From Selaginella moellendorffii (taxonomy: Eukaryota > Plantae > Lycopodiophyta), in contig NW_003314306.1 of the NCBI RefSeq assembly GCF_000143415.4, positions 838,897 to 902,896 on the forward strand: a DNA stretch of 64,000 bases, read 5' to 3'. Positions within the stretch are counted from its first letter, which is position 1; every line of letters starts with the position of its first letter. Under the pieces are notes generated by a model. That model was given only the letters and a program-made list of their open reading frames with translations. It made no database searches and was not told the origin of the DNA. The position numbers and the translations under genes were made by a program. Positions 35,300-47,911 of this stretch are shown one piece after another.

Positions 35300-36296
35300 C
35301 AAAAGCCTAGGCGGAGCCTGTAACGCTGTTCAACAGCACTGGAGTTCGCCAACCTGGTAGTGATCTTGTAGCTCTGCTAGACGATCCGAAGCACATTGGC
35401 AGCGATCTACGATCTACGATCTACAGCAAGAATTTCAGAGAGATTTAAGGATATGAACACATATATAAACCTGTACTTCTAAAGCATTCATACAGTTGAA
35501 TTTTTCCTGTTCATTCTTTCCATCAGTCCCTGTTAGCCAAAACGGCCTGAACAGTTTGTAGTCTTCACCCCGCACCTTCCTTGTCGGATCTGTTGCCACT
35601 GATGTCACAGTGAGATTCGATAACCGCAGATCGGTACCAAGAACTAGAGCCCACAGACCATGATGTGCTCTGCCTAGAACTCGCCTGAGAAGCGTAAATC
35701 CCGTATCCCCGTTGGGCAGTTCCAAATCTACCAGCGTATTAGCATCGTCAAAGCGAAACAGCACTTTGAGGGTACCCTCCAAAGGCAACCCTTGGATAGC
35801 ACCAACCAGCGTCGCTGAAACGTCCTGAGCGTAGTAGGATGCTCAGCCTCTTTAGCGGCTGCAGCTGCTTCAAGATGCGCTCTCCAGTGAGAAAGTCGAC
35901 TGGCTATCTTCCGTGCTACAGGAAAGCCACGGCCGAGATCCGTTTGGACGAGTATCCATGCTTCCACCAACACCTCACAGGCTCTTGCCACTGTTTGAAA
36001 CTAGGCCTTTTTAATGCATTGGGAGGGATCCTTTCAGATACCACCCATCTGCAGTATTGTCACCTTACCATCCTCCCCAGTAATCCAATAAGCCCAGTGG
36101 AGAGTCCGGCCACGAAACATAAATGACGTACAAGCCCTTTTGGTAGAGTTGCTAGACAACTAAATTGCACCTTCTTAATCTTGTTCAAAGCAGGACTCCC
36201 TCGTCTTGAAGAGCATACTCCAAGAATGCTTTTCGCGGAATCAACAGCAGATGAACTGCTCCATATCTCTGCAAGCTGCCAGCCGATGAAGCTCAT
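35300..36296 (-). pseudogene. Frameshifted remnant of a Crinkler-type NTPase-like gene
   Basis: VLFRFDDANTL (Walker B-like)...FTLLRRVL...ALVLGTDLRLSNL...KLFRPFW; broken into several ORFs. Confidence 0.4.
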
Positions 36297-36350
36297 AAAC
36301 CCTAATTTTAAACAAAAGTTTATTAGTCAATGCTTTTTAGGGTAGGAGCG

Positions 36351-37494
36351 ATGGCGCCAGCGTCTCCCTTCGTGGGCGACGTTCTCGACGGCGATGTGGC
36401 GCTCGTCACGGGCGGTGGATCTGGTATTGGCTTCGAGATTGCGCTGCAGCTGGGCCTTCACGGCGCGCGATTGCTCCTCCTCGGCCGCCGCCTTCCCGTG
36501 CTCGAGGCGGCCAAAAAGAGTCTCTCCGCCCGCGGAATCCAGGTTTGCTATAGCTCTTCGATTCGGGATTGCCCCATCGCTCCTTGTTACAGGTCGAGTA
36601 CGCGCATGGAGACGTGAGATCGCCCGACGACGCCGCCAAAGCCGTGAATCTGGCCGTGGAGCGATTTGGGAAGCTCAGCATTCTCGTCAACAGTGCCGCT
36701 GGGAATTTCTTGGCGCCGGCCGAGTTGCTCACTTCCAAGGGGTTTAGAACTGGTGCGTGTTCTTCCCGTCTAGATGATAGATGAGATTCTTTTTTTCTTT
36801 CTTTTAGTTTCATCAAGAGCATCGTCTAGGCAGTTCTCGAGATTGATACGCTGGGGACTTTCAACATGTGCCACGCTGCATTTCCAGCGCTCAAGCGAAG
36901 CTCCAGCGAGAAGAGTGTTATCATCAACATTAGCGCGACTTTGCACTATGGAGCTACTTGGTATCAATCGCATGCTGCGGCTGCCAAGGTTCTCAACTTC
37001 TCCAAGGTTCTTTCTATAAAACTTGTCTTTGGTTCTTTTCAGGCTGCCATAGACAGCTTAACTCGAAGCTTGTCCCTCGAATGGGGTCCTATTCGTGTTA
37101 ATGGCATCGCTCCAGGGCCGATCGCCGATACCGCTGGCTGGGAGAAGCTTTCTGTCGGAGTTGACTCTGCTGCGAGCGTCCGTTCCCGGGAAGAGATTGT
37201 GGAAAAAACTCCAGCAGGACGCGTCGGGACAACGTGGGACGTCGCGATGGCCGCCGTGTTTCTAGCTGTAAGTTTTCTTTCCCTTCATCGCTTTGTTTCG
37301 AGGCTAAGAGTTTTTCTCGTGCATTTTTTTAGTCGAGCGCTGGAAGCTGGATAACCGGCGAGACGATTGTTGTAGACGGTGGAAACTGGCTGTATTATCC
37401 TCCAGCTCTTCCAGCTGATGCCGTCGCCGGGGCTTCCAGAGCTGTGGAAGCATCGAGCAGACGAGTGGGCGTTCCTGAAAGAAGCAAGCTTTGA
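36351..37494 (+). CDS. DECR2: Peroxisomal 2,4-dienoyl-CoA reductase (SDR family), multi-exon
   Basis: TGGGSGIG, NSAAGNF, IINISATLHY, RVNGIAPGPI; ends in SKL* (PTS1). Confidence 0.92.
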
Positions 37495-37657
37495 CGAAAC
37501 TTTTGCGATACTCTGACACGACAAACTTGATCGAAAAACATTCTTATTAAAGTGGTGAACAAAACAAGATATTGGTTATGGAAGTGGAACTACAAAAAAA
37601 CCAAGCAACGAAGTAGTGATCAATCGAAGTTGAACTAAGGAAAGAGGAACCTGACCA

Positions 37658-38354
37658 TCATACCGCGAAAACGACCAACCAGACGAGATTGAGCAGCAAG
37701 AGGAAGGCCTCGCTGCTGTGAAGCATGAGAGCTGGCGACGGGAGAGGAGCTGGAGCGGCGGGACAAGGCAGGCCCTCTGGGCCGGCGACGCAGAGATTGG
37801 CAAAGAGGCCACCCGGGTAAGCCCCGGCATTGTTGAGGTACGCAAACATCTCGTCCGCGCAAGTGGTGTTTTGATCGTTGAAGTAAGTGATGTACCTACA
37901 GGTGAGTGCGATGAAAGAGTTGCAGCAGGGCTCTCGCGGGTATGGCGACTTGCATACGCTCGTGATACTGGTATAGTTGACGGTCCCGAAATCAAATGGG
38001 CAAGCTGCAAAGAAAGTTTCAGCAGCACGGTCGGTGAAAGCAACGAGAATGGAAGCACAGATCGAATGAAGGTCCAGGAGACCAAAGTGGTCTAGGAAAG
38101 AAGAGCCTCCAAGTAAAGTGGAAAGCCATCGATAAAACGAAAGTGGAGAGCTTAGCAGGGATCGAAGCAAGAGACCAAGACAGGAGAAGAAGAACTTACG
38201 AGCTTTAACTTGGAAGAGTCTCCTCATCGGCCCCTGCGATCCTGCATTGACGGCGAGTATGAAACTCTGCGAGGAATGGGATGATGATACCTGAGGCTTG
38301 GCAGCACAGTAAGAAGCAGCAAAGGGCCAAGCAAGCTCTTGTCCACAAACCCAT
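37658..38354 (-). CDS. LLG: LORELEI-like GPI-anchored protein
   Basis: Signal peptide; CPFDFGTVNYTSITSVCKSPYPREPCC...CADEMFAYLNNAGAYPGGLFANLC; hydrophobic C-terminus. Confidence 0.9.
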
Positions 38355-38975
38355 CTCCAATCGATTCTCGGATGAATGGTAGCCGCGTGGATCGAGTGCG
38401 AGCGAAACCCCAGGCAAGAGTCTACTCGTTACTTCTGTTTAACGTGTTGGTTTATTAGTTTCTTTTAGCTGATTAATTACGCAAGTTCCCACTACAATCT
38501 AGGTGAACACAATTATATTCGGTCAATTCCCCGTTGGTTTCATGTGATTCTATCAACGCGGCATGCCAGCTCATCGATAATAAAATAATAAAAACTAAAA
38601 GCTCAACCTCCCGCAGCCGTTGGATATCAGGTTCGGGTAGCGTTGTATGGACTAGATGTGTTGGCAGCCGCTGGTGGCAAGCACAAGCTTTCATCTAGGG
38701 CTCCATCGCTCGCTCTTTCGTGCCACGGGGCATACCTGGCGGATCTCAGCAGCAGCGCTTGGTGGATTATGAGGCAGAGATTGAGCAAAGACCTGGAATC
38801 TCATATGTCAAAATGTGAATCCAATGCCATATGACTCTTCTATGTGGGTAAGAATTTTCCATCGTGGGGTCGTCGTGTCCCTAGCATGTGGTGGTGGCCA
38901 TGAGCGTTTAGGCCACTGGTGGTTAGCAGCCCCATTGGTGGCAACTGCGCATGCTTGTTTTCTTTTTTTTTGGGG

Positions 38976-39518
38976 AAAAAATTTAGAGAACCTCTTTGAA
39001 TTGCTAGCATACAACGTGATCTCCACTTGGAGCTTGGCAAATGCAGCAATGTACAGTGTAAACTGAATTGGATGTAACGTTTTGTGATACAAATACTTGC
39101 AAGACCATCTTCTTTTGAACAAAGTCTTCTCTCATTCTAGCTCTTTTTTCAAAGTCAAACTAAGGACCCCACCCCCTCCTGATATAAAAGCAAGTTTTAC
39201 AATTTCGACTCAGTCTCAAAAGTTAAATCTCTGGAACAAGTTTGAAAAATTTAGAGAACCTCTTTGAATTGCTAGCATACAATGCGATCTCCACTTGGAG
39301 CTTGGCAAATGCAGCAATGTACAGTGTAAACTGAATTGGAACGTTTTGTGATACAAATACTTGCAAGACCATCTTCTTTTGAACAAAGTCTTCTCTCATT
39401 CTAGCTCCTTTTTCAAAGTCAAACTATATTTCAGGACCCCACCCCCTCCCAATATAAAAGCAAGTTTTACACTTTCAACTCAGTCTCAAAAGTTAAATCT
39501 TTGAAACAAGTTTGAAAA
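38976..39518. repeat. ~270-bp tandem duplication
   Basis: AAAAATTTAGAGAACCTCTTTG...AACAAGTTTGAAAA occurs twice, from about 38976 and 39245. Confidence 0.85.
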
Positions 39519-39999
39519 CTTATTAAATATAAAATGATGTTAGATTGTGAATTTAGATTTAGCTAACACTATCATATTCAAGACAAGTTTATCGAAACAC
39601 TTTCTATAAATAGCTAATGGGATTAATATATTCTAAACACTTTCATGGGACCATTATATGGGTATGGTAGTGAGAGTATTTAACATATATAGTAGGCTAT
39701 TATATAACAATATTGAGGGACTAATGTTTAATATGCAAGGGTTTTTATCACTAGTCAGTAAAACATTATAAATAGGAACTCCTTACTAAACTAAATATGC
39801 TTAATTAATAGCACATAGGAATTCCATTTTTATGCTTGTTTAATCTAGGTATAATTGAAAACACAAGAAGGATTGATAAAGGGTCTAGAAATATTAATCT
39901 TTTGCTGTTGTGGTAGTAAAAAAAAAAATCTGAAAAGACTTTGCTAATATATAATTTTCAATACTTATAGTTATATTTGCAATAGATATGGTACATCTA

Positions 40000-42400
40000 A
40001 ATCTTACTTATCATATGCTACCTTGAGACAATGTTTAACTGCAAGAAGGTGTCAAGTAATGTCTTGTTTGTGTTCATCCAGTGCCAAAGTCTCCCAAGCT
40101 CTTATCTACTACTTCTCATTGAGTTAAAGATCTACTACATGTTGTAGAGTAAGCTCCAATGACGAGACTTGGATGGTGATAGGAAGGACAGCCTCTGTGC
40201 TATAGAGAAGTAAGAAAGGTGTTGCTGCAATAGATTTTTTGAACATGGTTTTGAACATCCACAAAAGCATGAACAAGTGCTCATGCCAACATCAAAGATG
40301 ATTGTCAACCAGCTTCAAGATAATAGTCTTCAAAATCTTGTTAGAAGACTTGGCTTGTCTATTTGATTGTGGATATCTACTATTGCTTAAAATGTGTTGG
40401 ACATCAAGTTTCACCACCAGGTATGCAACTACTATGCTGATGAAAGAACTGCCAAGATTGGACACCAAAACTGCTAGGAGTCTAAAGTGATAAATGATGT
40501 GCTCGTAGCAATTCAAAACAAGATGGCTTCAGGCCACTTGGTGAAGTAATCTATGGCAAGAAAAAGGTAACAATGTCCCTATGAACTTGGTGGAGAAATC
40601 GGGCGAATGAAGTCAAGTTCCACTTGAAGAAGGACCTAGCTGTGACCACGAACTGGAAAGGAAGGTGAAATGTGCGTTGCATTGTTGGCAAAGAAGGCAC
40701 TCTTTGCATAGGTTGCTGTGTCTTGATGAATGGTCAGCCAAAAAAGCCCATGTTGCAAGATTTGGTGTGCTGTCGCCTTTGCTAAGAAGTGTCCAGAACA
40801 AGTGTGGAAAGAGCAAAGAATCCCTGGGATCTCATGCTCTAAAACACATCAGAGAAGGTGTTGTGTCAATAAAGAGCCCCTCCAAGCAAACAATTATCCC
40901 AAGCCTTATGAGTTATTGCTCGCTGTTAAAGATGGTGGATACTACCCCTTGCAATACGATGGAGAGAAGCAGAGACACTAAAGGTATCCACCAATGCGAT
41001 CAGAGCTTGGCTAGGGTTATGGACTTGTTGCTTCCTTGCAATGAACTCTAGCTCAAAATCCTGGATCGTGAGCGACAACAACAAAGTACGTGGTCGCCGA
41101 TTGTTTTTCTGTAAAAGGAAAGTCAGTAGATTGCAAGAGACATGGATGTGGATACGTGCTTCAAGTAAAAGGTAGCAGAAATGTCGTAATATGTATACTA
41201 CTGCCACAGCTTCTCACTGCTCTGAATCCCTAAATGAATGTAAGACAAAGTAGACAGCGTGGAGGGGGTTTTGTGGCTCCTTTCATTGACACAAACAGCA
41301 GTCACCCATCCTTTCTAGCATCTCCTCAAGATGGTCACACTTTTCCAGTGGCAACAGCAAGCTTTTGAGGTGATCTAATCCCTTCTTCGACAACCACCAA
41401 TTCCTGGAGACTGTTTTGAAATTTTCATCACCACTGGAGCTGAAGCTTTTGGAGCTAGCAAACTTTGGTATAAAGTGTCAAAAGAAACTAGCCTGGCCTT
41501 GGAAGTGTTGTAGCATCTTAAGTGATGTTGGAGGTGGACTCTGGAGCATAAGGAGTGATGCCTTGAGATGAGATATCAAAATTGAACAGCCTCTCTTGTG
41601 TAACTCTGAAATTGCATTTTCGGGGTTGAGTGAAAACCAGGCAATGCTAGAAAACTTGCTCCAAGGCCAATTAGATGATCTTTAAAAGAGCAAGATGCTG
41701 AGCAAAAGGTCGTCCATCTAAACTCGAAGAGAGGAGCCGAGAAGGTCATGAAAAACATACTTGGAGAAATGTAGCTCCTACATTATATAAACCAAATGGA
41801 AGTACTTTATATGAGAAGACACTCCATGGCGTGCAGAAAGCTGTCTTTTCTCGATTATGAGGATGAATCTAGAGCTGGTTGTATCTTGAGAAGTCGTCCA
41901 TAAAAGAGAAGAATGTGTGGCCAGCTAACTCATCGAGGATCTCATTTTCAAAAGGAGTTGCAAAGCGATCCTTGAGTGTCATGTCATTGAGGCTCCAAAA
42001 AAAACTCAACATAGATGCAGAGTTTCCCATTTAGGCTTCCCCTTAGAGGCCATCATACACAATATTGACCAGGAGTTCAGCCAAACCAATCCATGACAAA
42101 ACAACCCAGTTGAGCACTCTAACTGGATTTCTAACATTGTTCCAGTCCGTAAGAAGAGATGTCGTGGTACCTTTGGAGGAGAGAAAGAAGGGCGGAGGTA
42201 TTATCAAAAGATCTGCTGATGGCGATGTTGTGGTCATCTTCGAGCAGTGGTGTCTCACAGCAGTGAGGATCTGGCTTTAAGCAAAGCAAAAATGGAATGG
42301 CTTCCACCTTGAAAACCGGCTGGATGTCTTCTAGAGCATCTTGCATGTCGGCTATAGCTTCGTGTGAAAGCTTTTGTCCGCCCAACCACGAGGGACACTT
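40000..42400 (-). mobile_element. Highly decayed gypsy pol remnant (RT/RNase H/integrase)
   Basis: IDYFTKWPEA, SSRYPQSNRQAKSSNK and MAVVYILRHF remnants; many stops. Confidence 0.7.
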
Positions 42401-42605
42401 GTGAACCCAAAAGTTGTCACCACGAGGGACATGTGAATGTGATGAAATGAAAGTGTTGTCTAAGATCCATTCTCTTCAAGTTAAAGCTCTCTGATGATAG
42501 AAAAGTTCTTTCAAACTGCTGGGCAATTTCTAGTTATTGAGAAAGATTAGCTATGGAGACTTTGGTACGATGGAAACTTGATACAAAGAAGATACTTTGG
42601 CACCT

Positions 42606-45025
42606 TCAGCATGAGATAGACAAGAAGGAACTCTCCATGGCTCTGGGCCTGGGCGGGCAAGTGAAAGACATAGCTCGGGCACCGCGAGTGGAGCTAGAGC
42701 CAGTGTTCTTCCTCGGAGTTCCTTCCTTCGATCCCGCAGCCGACACTGGAACCGAGACCGAGACCGCGGCGCAGCACTGATGCTGGAGCCTGTGCTGGAA
42801 CTCCGTCTCACTGATCGTCATCATGCTTCCACCCAGTCGATCATCCAAGCCGGAGCTCTCCCTCTCCTGATCTTCTTCCCTGTACACCGCCTTGTACTGG
42901 TACCACCGAGCGCAAGTGAGGAAAAGGAAGAAGTTCGCCGTGCTGAGGCAAGTGAGCAGCAAGTAGAAGCGATGGAGATGGGCCCTGTTTAAGTTGTTCC
43001 CGATCCAGCTCCCGCCCGAGCCCCGGCTCGTCACCTTCACCACCACGCTGAGGAGCAAGCTGCTGATGAAGCTACCCACGGCCACGGTGCTGAGGTAGAG
43101 AGCTGCCCCCACACTGCGCATCGAGTCGGGTGCCTGGTTGTAGAAAAACTCAAGCATCCCAACGGAAATGAAAACTTCACACGTACCGATCAACATGTAC
43201 TGTGGAAGTAGCCAGAAGATGGTCATTGGCAGCGGAGTGTGGGGCTCGTCGAGCAGCCCGTGCTGTCTCGCCACCCGGAGGCGCCTCATCTCCACCAGCG
43301 CCGCGGAGGCGATGGCGATGGTGGAGATCACCTGTCCGATGCCGATTCTTTGGAGGGAAGTCAGGCCCCTCTCCTCTCCTGTCAGCTTCCGGACGAACGG
43401 GACGAAGTATGTGTCGTAGAGCGGCAGGAGGATGCAAATGGTGAGCGTGATGAAGAGCGGGAACGAGGCCGCCGGGATCATGAAGTGCGGTCCCATTCGT
43501 CGGTCGAGAGTCCGGCCCTGGCTCAAGAACATCGTCCCGACTTGAGCGAAGACCGCCGAGAACATGAGGTTGGTCATCCAGATCGGTAAAGTCCGGATCA
43601 GCAGCTTCACTTCCTCGACTTGCGTGACGGGACACAGCCGCCACGGATTCGGCTCCCTTCCTCGAGACTTGTAGAGAGCTATTTCTTCCTTCGAGATGGC
43701 AGCCTTGTCGAGAAACCTGCCGAGAGCACAATTCGAAACTGTAAAAAACAAGAAAAACTTTTAACGACCAGAAACTAGAACTTACTCCTTATAAGTGTTG
43801 TTGTTTCCCAAGCGCATTACGACCACTTACACAAATCCGGAGCTGTGAGGGAGCTTGCGATGCCTCGGAGAGTGAGGCCCTTCTGGATCTTCCAGCTCGT
43901 ACAAGAGCTCTAAGTCGGGAACTTGTAACTTCCACTTTCGTGTCGCTGCTACCAGAACTTGCGCAATGCGTGTCAGTGGACTTCCTGCCGGTAGCTGATG
44001 CCTGTACTTGGCTGAGCCCAGGAGAAAGAGTGTCGTAGCAATGCACGTAACACTCGTCGCAGCACCATACCCCCAAGCCCATCCTACATTATCCTGGACG
44101 TAAACCAAAATACTAACCGAGAGCATGGTGCCAAAACTTATACTCACAAACCACCAGTTCAGAAACGAGAGCTTCCTCTTGCTTTCTACCGGATCATTCT
44201 CGTCGAACTGGTCCCCTGCGAAGGCCGAGACGTTGGACTTGATACCACCGGCGCCGAAAGCCATCAAGTAAAGAGCGAAGTAGAAAAACCCGACTTGTAA
44301 ACCCGAGGCTTTGGGACACACCCGTCCCGACGGAGTGCTGAGACAGTTTGGTGGCTTCAAGGATGGCACGGAGACTGCCAAGGTGACACAAACCATTGCC
44401 TGAAAGAGAACAAAGTAAACAAACGTAAAACTAAGTATCAAAGGCTTACCAAAACATAGCTGCAACAAAACGCTGTGAGGGTCCAGTATCGGCCTAGAAA
44501 CGCATCCGCAACAAAAGCACCTAGCAAAGGTGTTAAGAAAGTCGTGCCGGCCCAATTCATGACGTTCTTCGCGGATTGGGCTATATCCTCGTGAAGCTCG
44601 CTGGTGAGATACTTTAGAAGATTGGAAGAGATCGCATAGAACGCTACACGCTCGCAAACTTCGCATCCTATCAACAAGTTGACAGTCAGTAAGAAATCAC
44701 GAAAACTTACTGAGAAGAAAAGGAAGAAAGAACTAAGAACACACAACTTACCAAAAATCAACCAGCAAGCACTCCAGTTCCCACTCTTGGACTTGATCGC
44801 TGGATTGCCATGAAGATCCACAGCACCATTCTCGACGACGTCTTTCACTCGTAGTTCCTCGCCATCGGAGTCGACAAGAGTGCCAGTAGTGGCTGATCCT
44901 TTGTCACTGCCTTCGTCGGTAGCTAAAGAGGTGAGCTGGATTTCCTTGATCTCGCCGCCTTCGCTGGGAACTGGAGTGACCACTACGACTGGAGCGATCA
45001 CAGCATCCTCCTCCTTTTCTATCAT
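42606..45025 (-). CDS. NPF: NRT1/PTR (NPF) family transporter, multi-exon
   Basis: GCEVCERVAFY (ExxER), GAFVADAFLGRYW, FAGDQFD, PAGSPLTRIAQV, LEFFYNQAPDSMRS. Confidence 0.95.
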
Positions 45026-45698
45026 CTTGGATTCGAATCGCCTGCATTGGTCGATCAGCTCAGAAGATTTCTACCTGCATTCTTTCTTGGAGAAAACCTA
45101 GATCGAGATTTCTTACCTCCACGACGAGAAGCCAGGCGCGATTCATCACAACGCGCGATCGCTCATCCAGCAAGGCAGATTTTGTAGGAGAGATGAGATT
45201 TCGCTCGCAAGAACACCACAGCATAGCTGTGGCGATGGAGGTACCATCGCCAGCGCCAAGGGCAAAGAGAAGAAGCCCTTGGCTGTCGAAAGGACGCTAC
45301 TCTTCTCGTTCGCACGGCGTACACCGCACGATGGCCAGCATTCCGCGCCAGAATGCCTGGCCACACGGACGGCCCGGATTTGCCTTCTTTTAGGTCAACA
45401 AAAGATAACGTTAAAACAGGGGATTTGGGCTAGGGCTTGGTTCTCGTCGGTGCTCGAGCGTGCTCGGTCGAGATCTTCATTCCAAGTTCACGCACGCGTG
45501 ACCTTTTCGCGACGCGCTCCTCATAGCTTTAATCTTTGGAGCGCGCGCTTTTCGATTTCTCGAATTGCTGGAGCTTCTTGAGCCCCTCGCGCCGGGCAGC
45601 GAGCAAGGTATGGGCATCCCTTGCTCCCTCGATTCATCCTAGGATTTTAGGGTAGGGCAAGTCTGATCGATACATTCTTTCCTGGGGTTGGGGATTAG

Positions 45699-47519
45699 AT
45701 GGCTCTCGTGGAGTACATGGACGACGAGTTTGATGCGGTGGATTTTGATGACGATGAGGAGCTTCTTTTTGGACGCGATAGGGGTGGCTTGGATTCGGAC
45801 TCCGAGAACGATGATGATATGGTAAGCTGCGAGTTTCTTTTGTTTAGTCTGCGAATTTCTTTTCTAAGCTCATGAGTTTTGTGTGCTCTAGGAGAGCAAA
45901 GAGAAAGATACTACCGCTGGTCAAGCTAGAAACGGTAAGGACATTCAAGGAATACCATGGGGATTACAATTTACAAGGGAGAAGTATCGGGAGGCAAGGC
46001 TGCAGCAGTACAAGAATTACGAGAATCTGGAGCATTCTCGTGAGGATTTAGATAAGGTCGGTGCTACATTTCTTTCTAGTTTTCATCGTACAAATCTTTG
46101 GAGCAGGAATGCAGGGAATTTCAGAAAGGGAGGCGATTTTACGACTTTCGTCTCAACAAGAGGTCTTTGAAGTCGACGATAGTTCACTTTCAGGTACTGA
46201 AACTCCACACACGCTTTTACTTACTTTGATCTCTTGTGCTGCTTGCAGCTACGGAATTTAATATGGGCAACCAGCAAACATGATGTTTATCTTATGCAAA
46301 ACTTTTGTGTGCTTCATTGGTCTCCGGTTTCTCAAAAGGTTTCTCAGGTTCTGAATGTTAATTCTCCTCCGCCTCCTGAGGTGCGTTCTGTGTTTTTGGG
46401 ATTTCTATCGAAAGAAAAAGTGTTTCTGATTGGGTGATTTGCAGAGGACGTCATTTGCGTCTTCGTATTCTCAAGGTATAGGCCGAGTGCAGATTAGCAC
46501 GATGTGCGTGAGGGAGAATCTGCTTGTTGCCGGTGGCTTTCAGGGTGAAATGGTGTGCAAGGTACGTAAGTACGGTACCCAGCATCCCCAGCAAATCCCT
46601 TTTCTCTTAATTTTACTGTTCTTTTTGTGAAGAATCTCGACCAACCTGGAGTATCATATTGTGCAAAGATCACGCACGACGAAAATGCCATCACGAATGC
46701 CATCGAGATCTACAATTCTCCGAGGTACGCTTTGAATTGTTTCTTTCTTTTTTTGTCCCATTCCTTAAGACTTGTAAAAACAGCGGCCCAACTCGCCTGA
46801 TGACCTCGAACAACGATGCAGTAGTTCGAGTTTTTGACGCAGAAACTTTTGCTGTCCTTGGTCGCTTCTGTTATTGCTGGCCTGTTAACGTAAGTATGTC
46901 GGTTTTTGCTCCCTCGTTCCCAAGCTTGTTTATTTGTCCCATTTGTACAGCACACGTCCGTCAGCCCGGATTGTCGAAGTATTGTTGTCGTTGGTGATAA
47001 CACGGAAGGCCTACTTGCCGACGCTTCAAGTGGAAAGGTATATTTTTTTTTTTCCATCCCACGACTTCCAAAGTGCTTACACAGCATTTACTTTCGTTGT
47101 TCCAGGTGATAGCAACGCTCAAAGGCCATCTTGATTACTCTTTTGCTTCGGCCTGGCATCCAGACGGCCGAATCTTCGCGACTGGAAACCAGGACACGAC
47201 TTGCCGGCTGTGGGACGTAAGAAATCTAAGCTCCTCGTTGGCCATCCTCAAGGGACGGCTGGGAGCGATACGCTCCCTCCGCTTCACAGAGGACGGACGT
47301 TTCATGGCCATGGCCGAGCCGGCGGACTTTGTCCACGTCTTTGACACAAGGCAGGACTTTATGCAAAGCCAGGAGATCGATCTGTTTGGGGAAATCGCAG
47401 GGATTTCCTTCAGCCCGGACACGGAAGCTCTCTACATCGGTGTGGCCGATCGGATCTACGGGAGCTTGCTCGAGTACAACCGATGCCGCGAGAACTGGTA
47501 CCTTGACTCCTTCGTGTAA
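45699..47519 (+). CDS. WD40-repeat protein (DUF2415-type), multi-exon
   Basis: DTTAGQARNGKDIQGIPW, HFQLRNLIWATSKHDVY, GHLDYSFASAWHPDG, QEIDLFGEIAGISFSPD. Confidence 0.9.
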
Positions 47520-47790
47520 GTGTAGAGGACGAAGTAATCTGGCTGGAGTTTTCTATAAAGTTTGGAGGTGGTCGCTCGGTCGCTCGCAATTAAATGTTTG
47601 TGTGCTTGTTGTGTATATATGTAAGTTGCTCTTCGCGGCTTTTTCAAATAAGCGCATCTTGGGCGAATATCCGGACCAGTTTAAATACTTAAAAAGAGTG
47701 AGGCTTGTCTGGCATTTTTGTGTATGTGTTGGACATTCACCTGGTAAGGCCCACGAAATTTTACTATAATTTTAACAAACTCGAGAGATT

Positions 47791-47911
47791 CTAGACAATA
47801 AAAAATGTTTGATGGTAGCCATGTTATGGTTGAGGATTTTTATGGAAGCCTAGACAATAAAAAATGTTTGATGGTAGCCATGTTATGGTTGAGGATTTTT
47901 ATGGAAGCCTA
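47791..47911. repeat. 59-bp tandem duplication
   Basis: CTAGACAATAAAAAATGTTTGATGG...GGAAGC occurs twice. Confidence 0.85.
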
